DNA of 64,000 bases from Podarcis liolepis (taxonomy: Eukaryota), in the NCBI GenBank assembly GCA_965112155.1, contig OZ218108.1; one strand, 5' to 3'. Shown one piece after another: positions 50,701-62,700 of the stretch. A program made the translations under genes and the position numbers. The number at the start of each line of letters is the position of its first letter. Positions within the stretch are counted from its first letter, which is position 1. Below the pieces are notes generated by a model, which was given only the letters and a program-made list of their open reading frames with translations, was not told the DNA's origin and searched no databases.

Positions 50701-53700
50701 ATCTCCTTCCTGCAATGTTATCCCACCCTTCCTTTATAGCATTCAAAGAGGCATGCTTTGCATGGCTTGATCCTATGCTATGCCCCACCCCTCTTTTATC
50801 ATCTCATCAAATCTGTTATGTAGGATGGGCTGTAATAGTAGCTGGAGCAGGTCACCCAGGGAGTTTCATGGTGGAGTGGGGATTGGAATAGATGCTTGCC
50901 TAGTCTTAGTGCACTAAATCTCACTAGCATTTCGTTAACCAATATTCAGTTAAGCCATATTAAAAAAAATAATGAAAAAGTTCAAGCAAAAAGTAGGGGA
51001 TGGTAGGAGTTTTCCCTCATCTGACATTTGATGTGTTTTCTACTCTCCCAACAGCCACAAGCCTTGTATGCAAAATCTGAAATTGCACCTTAGATTCAAA
51101 TCCCAACCCTGCAGTTATGCAGACATAGTTTGGCTTAGCATGCCCCTTGAAGCAGGCAGTTAACAATAAAATGTCTTAAAAAACCCAGACTTCTTCAAAA
51201 GATGGGAGGAGAGGGAGAGAGAAATTAGCACTGTATATTACCTGAAGTTCCTCAGACTTCTTTTGCTGGTTGGTAACCTTGCAAGTGAAGTGAAAATTTC
51301 TTCTAATATCAACTGCCTATGCTTTTCATATCTTGAGAAGACCTGAAAAAAGTTAATTATGGTTATTATATGTATGTCATTTCCTGTTTATTTTGCTGTC
51401 CAAAATACAAACTATTTTACAAACACACATACACACTTATTAAAACATAAAGTTATTTTCCTACTACCAATCAATATCTATAGCCAAGAGGTATGAATCC
51501 AGAAAAGTGGTATTAATGTAAATGTATTAAATGGTTTAAAATTATTTTGGAGAAGGTACTACTAACATTAGTTTAAGAGAGTTGAAAATACCAACTCAAA
51601 TTGTTTTCTAAGTAAACTTTCAAACCTAGTGAGGCTCACCAAGTTGTTCACACACTGAGCCATTAGGCTGGACAAATTACCGTACTTTTTCATGACTAAG
51701 ATGAGGTTTTTTACTCTAAAATAATGTTTAAAATCTGGCGTCGCCTTATACATGCATAGTGCAGAGGGGAGACGGGCTATTGGTTGCAGCCACGAGCAGG
51801 AGCTTGTCAGCGGCGATATGGTGGGTGATTGGTGGCTGCGGCAAGGGCTGCTGTAGATTGGCTGTCGCTGCGGCAATTGGGCGTGCGAATGCCGGCTTCT
51901 GTTGTGGCTTTGGCGACACTTGCCATTTGTAGTGTTTGTCAGTCAGCTTAGTGATTTTTGGCATCCCCCCAAAAAAAGCTCAACAACCCTGGGCAATTCC
52001 CCATTTTCTTACATTGGAGTCCCCCAAAACAGGGGTCGTCTTATACATGGGGGTGTGTTAAACATGGGAAAATATGGTAGCTGCTTTAAAGCAGCTATCC
52101 TAATCTACATTGCTTCAAAAGAAATTAAAAATCAGCCCAATCTGTATTTGCTATAGCAATGAGATTTCTCTCTCGGAGATATCTTCTTGTAGGTTTTCAG
52201 CTACTCTCAGTATGCCCCAAATCAAGTTAGTGTCCCATCACAGACACATCAGACATGGTCTCAGTAACATAATTCCTTAACCCTTTCCTACTATCAAAGT
52301 ACAGTAATAGAGCTGTTTGATCGGCAGTGCTCCTTGCTTCTAACAATTAAGGTAAATAATGGCGTGAAAGATCAGTGGTGGTGGTATTGTTATACTTTTC
52401 TCACAAACCAGCTGCAATCTGGCTTATGAGGCAAAGCTTAGTGGGAAGTAGTTCAGTGGGGAAAAGAACCTGTTGCCAGGCAAAGTTAGAAGTGAGGGCA
52501 GGACCAGGACCAGATTAAGTAATTCATGAAAGCCACCCCCCACAAAAGTTCCTTAAAAAACCAACAACAACACCAGAAGCCATTCATTTCTTTACAATTA
52601 AATATTGGTTAAAAGGTGTGCTTACTGCAGTGACAAGTTTGATGGCGCATAACTGAAGTTCACTGACATTTTCTACAAAAAAAGGTGTTATCCCCATTGA
52701 AGAAACCTATTAACAGAAAAGGAAATATATACATAACTTCTCATAATACTTGATAAATGAAAATAAAATCTTTTCAACAGAAAAAGACCTCTGATCATCA
52801 TCTTTTGAATTGTGTTCTCCAATTCCCATACTAGTCGCAGTAGCATACAAGAGGGATGAAAAGCACCTCAGATTTAAGACAGAAAAACACATTTGTTTTC
52901 CTTGGGTATTTTGTAGTTATTGTTCTTCAAAGATGCATATATTTTCCATATCATATATATTTATAACTGACTGCCCAAGTTGCCTTATAAAATAATTTTA
53001 AAAATCTAGTAGCTTAAATTTAAGAAGTTTCATTATTACTGCTTGTAAAAGAAAATAAACATCCACTGGAGAAGAACTTTAGACCTGTGTGTGTGTACAG
53101 AAGGGGAAGAGAAATCTGGATAAAATGGATCAAACTTACCTGAAGAATAGTGGTGTCAGTAAGAAGCTGTATCTCCAACAGTTCAGCCAAACTGCTAACA
53201 ATATCACAAATTTTGTTGTATAACATCACGATTACTCTTTGCTTATGGGTAGAACACTTGGCACGCTTTGCTTTTGAGCTTAATACACCACCTAGTAAAT
53301 TTTAAAACAAGATACATTTTTTAGAAATTCAGCACAACGCAACCATATTAGATATAAAGTTTCTCCTCAACAAGTTCATATATTTCTCTTATCTCCCGAG
53401 ATGAAATACAGTGGTACCTCGGGTTACAAACACCTCAGGTTACAAACTCCACTAACCCAGAAGTAGTACCTTGGGTTAAGAAATTTGCCCTAGGATGAGA
53501 ACAGAATCGCGCGTTGGCAGCGGGAGGCCCCACTAGCTAAAGTGGTACCTCAGGTTAAGAACGGTTTCAGGTTAAGAATGGACCTCCGGAACGAATTAAG
53601 TTTGTAACCAGAGGTACCACTGTATAGTCAACCAAGTTGACTATAATAAATCAAGTTGATTGTATGTATTGTATGTATACAATACAATCCCTTCTGAAGG

Positions 53701-56700
53701 GAACACTTAACGAAGCTTTTACATCATTAAGTATGCAAATTAAATTTACTCAAATCAATAATGACAGGACACCAAATAATTTCAGACTATTCAGATCCCG
53801 ACAGGATTTTCCCATAGTCAAAATTTTCAGGGAAAATGCAACTTATACTTTAAGTTGCAGCTGGCACAGATAGCAATGGGAACCCTCTAAAGCACAAGCC
53901 AATATTTTGAAAAATACAAGAAGAGCATAATGAAAAAGAAAAGAGACTGCTGTGATGTGCTTTGCATGGGACTATCAACAGCTATATATTGATAGACCAG
54001 GTAGCAGCTATCAGTGTCTGCTAGCTGCAATGTCCACACAGTTGGAAGCAGTAGGCTTCTCAATACCAGTTGCTGGAAACCACAGGAGGAGATAGTGGTA
54101 TTGTGTTCAGATTCTCCTTGTGGGCTTCCCATGGGCATATGATTGGTAACTTTGAGCACAGGATGCTGGACGAGATGAACCACTGGTCCGTTCCAGCAAG
54201 GCCATTCATATGTTCTTATGGGGCTGTCCTTAAACCTAGCGTAGAAGTTTCAATTGCTCCAAAATGAGCTGCCAGGTAGTCAATCAAATTGTTTTACATT
54301 TGTCTGAGCTTCACTTATTGCCAGTCTCAATTCAAGGTACAGTGGTACCTCGGGTTAAGTACTTAATTCGTTCCAGAGGTCCGTTCTTAACCTGAAGCAA
54401 CACTTTAGCTAATGGAGCCTCCCACTGCCGTGGCGTATGTAACCTGAGGTACCACTGTATTGATAGTGACCTTTAAAACTCCAAGCAATCTGGGACCAGA
54501 ATATCAAGTTCCCTTTCTTCCATTACACCACATATACTTGGCAGTATTAATTTATTTTAGCCTCCCCAGCCCTCTCAGATCACTCTCTATATTTTAAAAT
54601 TTGTTGTTGGCAGACACTTTGGGCATACCAGTGGTGGAATAGAAAGGTGGGGTATCAATACTTTAAACAAAATATATATCTAAGTAAAGCTGAAAAAGGC
54701 TTACTTTACATTAGAGTGGTTGGGGAAACCCAGCCATATCGGCGGGGTATAAAGAAGAAGAAGGAGAAAGAGGAGAAGGAGAAGGAGGGAGGAGGAGATG
54801 ATGATGTTGATTTTGGATCTCCATGTATATTCTCTACAATAGTATGATTTCAAAAAGCAAGAAATATATCTGTTATACTAACCACCATGAGGGTCCAATC
54901 GGTAAACAGGATCATACTGAGGATAAAGTGTGTTCTGTAAGTGAAATTTAGTGTATTGAATAACTCTTTCTATTACATCTTCAATATATACAGCTTTGGG
55001 CATGTTGGGTGATGTCATAATGTTGATAGCTGTAAGACAGGCATCTGCAGATTTTGTGACTCTCTCCATGATCAAGTCTCTCCATAATCTTTCCTCATCT
55101 TCAGTGTCGTTATTCTGCAGAAAAATTCAGAGTGCTAAGTTTAAAAGAAAACATTTTTAAAAAGCAATCAGAGAAAATAAATTTGAGCAAAATTTACGCA
55201 GCAATAGTTAATATATCAATATGAAAAAGTTTAGTGATTACTCGTATTTTAAAACCTCCCAATAGCCAAATAAAAACCAGGAATCTCTGTGATATATTTC
55301 ACAATGCTACAATCTCAGAAAAACCCTTCCTGAAGTACAGTTGCCAACTTTTTCACCAGCCGTGCTCTTGCGTCTAATCAGCCAGGGCTTTTTTCTGGTT
55401 ACTAAGCCTCACCCAAAATGACCCTGCAGAATGACAACAGTGAGTGAGGCTCACACTGCTCATGGAAGTATTGGAGCCTTACTCAGTATTTCTTCATCCA
55501 TTGAGATAAACTCTTATAGATAAAATTTTTTTTTTATCTTATCTGATATAAAAAATTCTGCTCTTTTCCATCTTCTGTTAACCAAGTAGGAAACCATGTC
55601 AGGAAGGAAGAAGCAACACAAAAACAGAGAAAACTCACTCTGGAAAAGTTCCTGTTCCAACTAAGGAATCTGAATTTCCAATGCAAGTGCATTCAGCTAT
55701 TTCCAGTAACAGGGAAGTAAGAGCATTACCTCCCTCTCAAAGTGGAAGGTAAAAAAGTCACTCTAAAGTCTAATTCTGCGGAATTTAGCATGATGTGGAT
55801 AAGGCATTCTATAGAGGTCACAGCACTTTGCTACAGTATTCCTTTAGGCCAGGGGTTGTCAACCTGGTCCCTACCGCCCACAAGTGGGCAGTTCAGGATT
55901 CTAGGTGGGCGGTAGGGGGTTCTACTGCACAAGCTGAATCCTCCTTCCATTGAGCACTGGTGGGTGGTTAGGACATTTTATCATCAAGAAAGATGCATTA
56001 GTGGCCAGTAGGTATAAAAAGGTTGACCACCCCTGCTTTAGGCAAACCAACAGAAAGAGAAAAAATAGAATATAGATCTTGACACAAGTCAGTCACAGAA
56101 GTCAGTTAAGAAGTCAGTTACAATAATGGAAAAAGGCCTTTGAGAACAAAAAACATGCAGATATATCACTGATTGAGAAATATAGAGCAATATGCATGTA
56201 TGTAAACTGTCCATCCCAAGCCTTCAGCTGAGTTTACATTTCAAAATAAAAATTGGACACTAGAGGGCAGGCATATGCCAACTCTAGGCTTGAGAGGTCC
56301 AGAATTCCCGTTTTCCACAGATGCATGTTTAGACTTTACACTTTCCGTGTCAAATTCAAGAAAGGTAGCCACAGTCTTCTGCTAGAGTAAATACAAATAG
56401 CCTTGGTTAGCATCTGTGATTCCCTCAGTGTGTGCATTGCTAAGTGAGCGAAAGCCTTTTGCACTGCAACCACCAACATTAAGAAGGAAGAGTAGAAGAG
56501 GTCAGGGAGAAGGAAATGGAATGGAGGGGGGTGGGGAGAAGGAAACAGATGTAAGGCAGAAAAAAGTAACAAAATGGGATGCACAGAAGCCTGGGTAATG
56601 GGAAGAGATAGTTGGAGGAGTAATACATTGGGTACAGAGGGAATACAGAAAAGTATATAGACTGCAGAGATAACAGAAAGATAACAAATGGGATACAAAG

Positions 56701-59700
56701 GTATCTGGAAATGGGAGCAGAAAGTGGGGAGGCTAGAGAGGAGAATGCAGGTCTATGGTGGTATAAAGAAAGAAAAGTCTCAACTTGGAGAGAGATAATA
56801 AACAGCAGTATGGGACATGGAGAAATGAAAGGTCAAAAAATTAGCTAAAGAGAACACTGGCTAGTTAAAATTATAACATGATGCTTGTCTTCAGTTAACG
56901 TATCAGTGATGTCCTGTTGATAAAATATAAACAAATCATTTGTGGTTATTCGAGTTGTGCATACCTAGACTAGTGGAACCTCTATTTCAATTTAAAGAGG
57001 CTCTCTGTAGAAATGACTTCCTAGTAAGTTACTTAGACTAGATATTATTTTCTCTATGTGACATTCTCAGCTGAGGTTGGTAGCAATGTCACAGTATACT
57101 CCATGCCATTTGAACCAGCCTTATTAGGATTCCTCAAGTGCAGTCTCCAGTTCAGAAGGAGAGCTGGAGAGGCTTTTTCTAGCCTCTCAATTAATGTATA
57201 AAATAAATACAATGATACTAGCATCATTTAGCAACTTACATGGTTAAGAAGAGTAGAAAGCTTTGAACCATCTTGAATATTCTTCTCCAATATGTTCAGG
57301 ACTTTCACTGTTTTTTCTGTTGAAAGCTAAAAACAGAACATTTTATCTACCAATTATCCTTCATGGATATGATCATCTCTATGTCCACCATTTGGACTTA
57401 TAAACAGAGTAGTGTCTTTCATCCTCAAATTGCGTATCCTTCCTTTCACTTGCCAATTAAAAAAGTAATGGCTCCAAATAAAATTGGAAGTAGATCCTAG
57501 TTCAGCTCAAGGTTAGGATTTGGAGGGGGGAGTGCCCAGACAGAGCTCGGACTAGACTGCAGGCAACTCTCAAGTTACATTGTGATTATGTTCCAGATAG
57601 CGCCTAAAGCCAAAATAATGTATCGTCAAAACCCATGGGGTTCTTGAGTGGGTGGGCTTCCCAAACGGGTTTTTTTCCTGGATGCTCACCCCATTTTTAC
57701 CATCTTTTTAATTTATTTTAATTTCTTAATTTGCCAAGAGCATAAAGCTGAATGTGTATAAGTTGTGAGTTACCAAAACAAATAATAAATGCTTCTACAT
57801 TTAACTGACAGCACACACTTGTCTTTTACATTTTGTCCCAAATGCCCCGGAGATTAAAAGAGCTCTCAGATAACATCTCTTCCAGAAGAAAAATATTTGT
57901 TGAAGAATCACTCTGTGAACAAAAATCTGCCGCATTCTTCATTTTTAAGGCAGCAATAACTTACCCTGTCCATAATGCCCATTGCCTTAATTTTAGCAGA
58001 TTCACTGCCCAATTCACTAAGCTGATGCTTTCCCAATAAAAACTCCTGAGGAATTTCATCATCATCACCTAAAGAAGAAGAAATTAAAAGATTTCATTTT
58101 TCTTTTCAATGCAGCAGCATGACAGAGCCATTTTAAAGATAGACATCAATATCTCAAGAAAGTTATAGCTGTTGTTTTTATTTTACCTTTGTTCCTTATT
58201 TTTCCAGTTTTCAGTTCACCTTAGTTGTGTATCAGTTTGCATTTTTTTTAAGTTCACTAATAATTTGTGTGCATTTTCATGTGCATTTCACGTAATATAT
58301 ACTTTTTGTATGCAAATTTGCCTAATATATGCATTTCTGTGTACACTCTCCCCAAATATATGCTTTTTTATAAGCATATTTTTGTTGCAGAAATGCATCA
58401 CAGTTCATGTATCAGCTTGGGAGATGTGACTACAGAGAATGTGAGCCCAACTAATTTCTCCATCCTTCTCAACTTCAGAAGTAAAGGCTAGAAGACTGTC
58501 TCTCAAAACCTCGCTCAAGAGTTTCTCAAAATGCTCCATAGATCAGCTCCATTCAATTGGTCCATTGAAACATTGCTGAAGAATTGAGAAGTTAGGAACT
58601 TTAAATTTTTGTGATGACAGAAACTGAAGCTGTTTTGAGCAGGGCTGAATTATCAAGCAGGCTAACAAGACCATAATCTAAGGTTCATGATCCAGGGGGA
58701 CCCCCTATGCCATTCCATGGTTTAATATGAATGAGCAGTGTGTTGTGCATGCTGCTCAAAAGTCTTGGCTTTGATCCTTCTGTGTGACTTGAATGCTGGA
58801 AACAAATCATAAGCATTGGCATGCTGTCAAGCAAACCTTGGCTCACATTTTGTTTCCCCCCAACGAAACACAAGTGGTACACAGAAGATGACTTAGCTAC
58901 TATTCATGGTTTATTTAGTGAGAAGCAAACCACAAGCCTGAGTCTAGATGACACAACAAGCTGCTCCTGGTGCAGCCAAGAAAGCAGGAGGAGCGAAGTG
59001 GTGACTCCACCAGTACACTGCTCAATTGCATAAAACAATTAAGGTGTAAATGATGTGTAAACATAGCCAATGTCTGCAAGTACAGCAGTTAGAGATCCCT
59101 GGCAAAAGTTGGATAAAAAAAACCCCTGAATTTCAGAACAAAAGTCTAAGCAACACAATCATTCCACCCTGTCTAAACAGGAATTTTTGTGCTGGTTGCA
59201 ATGGGTTGCAATGACTATTCCTTCTTGAATTCTCAAGCGGTGCCATGGGGAGGGGGAGTTTTAGGAAAATAGTGTTCAAGTCCACTGAAGATGTTAGTCA
59301 AAAAGGCCGATATATAGCAATCTATGTATCATTTGATAAGAAAAGGATTATTTACCAAATGCAGTATAATCCATGTCTTCCAAATTGTCCAAAATATTTT
59401 CTACTGAAGCGCTGAACCTCTTGAAGGTAGACGAATCCATCATTTCTAATAAAAATATGAAGTATAGTATATTTGAGCCATGGTCAATTAATGGCAGCTA
59501 ACAATGGCAAAGACATTAAAGGTAGGAAACAACGGTGGCAGCAACCTTACCTTCTGGTGTTAGCTTTGGTTCATAAGCTTTCCTCTTCTTTTGTTTCTCT
59601 CTTTTCTTCATTTTTCTAGCCACTTAAAATATAAAATAGAACATTTCCACAAATGTTTTCTTATATGGCAATGCACAGATTGTGTTCAGACATCACAATA

Positions 59701-62700
59701 ATCATGGTTTACAGAGATGGGAATGAGCCCAGCCTCCTCCCTGGCTCATATGCTCTCCTCTCCTCCTGCTGCATGGCTGTGAGAGGAGACAGGAAACTTT
59801 CGCTTCCGCTTTCAGTTACCTGAAGCTTAGCATTATGTCCAAACCCTAAACTGAGGTTAATCTTAATTATGGGTTGTTGAAATAAACTAGCTTCACAGCC
59901 AAGGTTAACAGCTTCCAAGCAAGCCAGGATGTTTGACTTCCAAATCCTGACGTGTTTCAAAGCCATTAACCATAGTTCCTGGTTCACATGAATGGAAAGC
60001 TATGGACAATTGCAGCTTCCTGGTTTGTTTTGTTGCCTACATAAAAGGAGAAGCGACGCAGGGGCTATGTGTAAGTACATACAGCTCATGTATGATTGCG
60101 GCTTATTAAGCCAAGATTTCATCGTGTGAGTGCAGTAATTCTTGGGTTCAGGTAGCTGTGTCACATGTAATCAATCTCAAAAACTTCCACACTCCTCCTT
60201 GGGGACATACTGGAGTAGAAGAGGAATACAAGCCAGGGGAGACTAGGCTTCTTCCTGTCACTATAAAGTATGGTTTATCATGACATTCAATATGACCAAT
60301 ACAACTTTAAAACTATCTGTCAATAAGTCAGGTTTTTAAGAATACTTTTTTAAAAAAATTAAGCCTTAGGAAAAAATTATCACTAATGTGAGAGCAAGTT
60401 TAACAGTGGTGTGATAATTACCCTCACTGAGGCTAGGAGGGGGAGAATAATCATCTACATCTGAGTCTTCTGGACTACGATTGCGATATCGACTGCTACC
60501 AGAGCTCCTCCTTCCTTCATGATAGTGGCTACTCCTTTTATGTTCTCCAGAAGCTCGTCTGTCATGTTCTTCATATTGCCAAGCTTTATCATCCTCTCTA
60601 TCCTTTTTATGCCTTTTCCGAGAAGCTAGAAATTAACACACTGTTATGAATGCAAAGTCCAGTTTAAAGAAACTCAACTTATCTTCCAACTAGGAGCAAT
60701 TCACAAGCATGTTTTCACTTCTTTCTTGGTGCAGTAGCAATCATGGAGGACAAACTGATAAAGATCAAGTTGCTAAATTCTACTGAAAGTTTTCAAGCAC
60801 AGTATTCAATATACAGAAACACGGAAGCCCATCCTTTCCTGTTTCTGCTCCCAAAAGCTTTTTCAGACTTGTATTTCTTGTCTAAGGTATTGCTGTGCTT
60901 ACCTGGGCTTCATTTCTCACCTTCGATTTTTGAGTCAAGATCTGTATAAGCTATTATTATGGTTGATGTCTGACTTTCATTTGCTGTTTTCACTTCAGAA
61001 ATTCCCACTGCTAAATATATAGGCTGAAGTATGGGTTGTTTTTGTTTGTTTGTTTGAGGTAGTGCTAGTGGTAGTTTTTTTAAAAAATTAAGCAGCAACA
61101 TCCCAGATGTGCATGCAGAACTGACTTGTGTGCCAGCCACTTCTTTGAAACCTTGAAGCTGTTGCAGAATTCCTTTACTTACATTATTTCTCTTGCTCAC
61201 TGAAACAAACATGTTCTCTCTTCTTTACAGTTTTCATCCCTGGCTCCAAATCTCATCAGGTGTTCAGTTTATATGTCTGATTCTCACTTTTCAGGCTCTC
61301 AAAAGTTGGAGGGGGGCCCTTAAAAATATACATATTGATGTTCCTGCCTGGACTCTACATTAATCTGACCCTCTTCTTGATAGACCTAATGTCTCTTATT
61401 CCATCAAACTTCTGCAACCTTTCTGCAACCTTTCTTCTTTTGCCTCTCCCTTAATAAGAAAATTAGTATGTTCCAGAAAAGTTTCAAAATGTAAATTTGA
61501 ATTTCCCTCCTATGCCTTTTCTCCCTCTTACTCTTTATAAAAATTGCCTATTGGTCGAAATTAGTGTTTCTTGACTGGATAAAACTGTGTATCTCTAGCT
61601 TCAGTTACTGAAAGGTATACTTTTTAGCTAAAACTTTGATTTTCATTTCAAGACCAAGGACACCATTATTTGTATTATTACTTTCAATTTTCCCCTAATT
61701 CTTTTAATTTTGTTTTAGAAATACAATTAAATTGCAAAACACTTTGTTTAGGGGCCTATTCATTTTATCTTCTTGTAAATAAAGCATATCTGTAGCACCA
61801 TGAAAGTAGTAGGACAGGAACCCAGAAGTAGGCATGTGCATGTTATTTTCCACTCCAAATTTTTTCAAACCCTTCCACTGAACCATAAAACCTTTCTTCT
61901 GATGTTTCTTTACATTTTGTTCACTTTTTGCTCAGTTTCTAAGAAGGGAAGGAAAACATAGTAAGCCATCTTTTTCAGCCCCACTAGATCAATTAAAGGT
62001 GATTAAATTTTCTATAAAACACAACTTCCAGAAGCACCACAGATGAGTTCTCAAAATAAATTTGTTTACTGTTTAAAGAAAAAGAGCCATGTATGAGTTC
62101 CATGACTACGTTTATCTCTGTATTGTAGTGAATTCCTATTAAGTGACCTTTGTCTAAGTCAGGCATAGGCAAACTCGGCCCTCCAGATATTTTGGGACTA
62201 CAACTCCCATCATCCCTGACCACTGGTCCTGTTAGCTTGGGATGATGGGAGTTGTAGTCCCAAAACATCTGGAGGGCCGAGTTTGCCTATGCCTTGTCTA
62301 AGTTATTTCCCCAAGAGTTGCCATACTACACCAGCATACCTCAACACAGCCTACTATAGTTTCCTCAATATGTCTACAGTACCCTACACAAGAAAACCAT
62401 CCAGACTTGTGAAGGAGAGCCAGTAGCTAAATTCTGTCTCAGCTCCTATTTGTTTTTATCTAAGGTACTCAAAATGTGACACTGCAGGTTACTTAGCTGT
62501 TTCCTTACTATGCTGAATCAGGAAGTGATTTACTTCAGACACTGGGTTACTCGATGAAGACCACAGAATGCTGGGAATGTGTACACCTACTTGGTCCCCA
62601 CCCCCCATGTGAACTACCCTGGCCTCATCCTTGTTGATCTGGCAGGACTGATTAGGAAGACACCATAAACCATTTTTAACACAATATATCACCGTTATCA

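Noticed and set aside
48867-51964. Intronic ORFs of 95-176 aa (48867+, 50361+, 50501-, 51568-)
   Set aside because: They overlap MITE or decayed repeat sequence in NIPBL introns and show no protein-family motifs.
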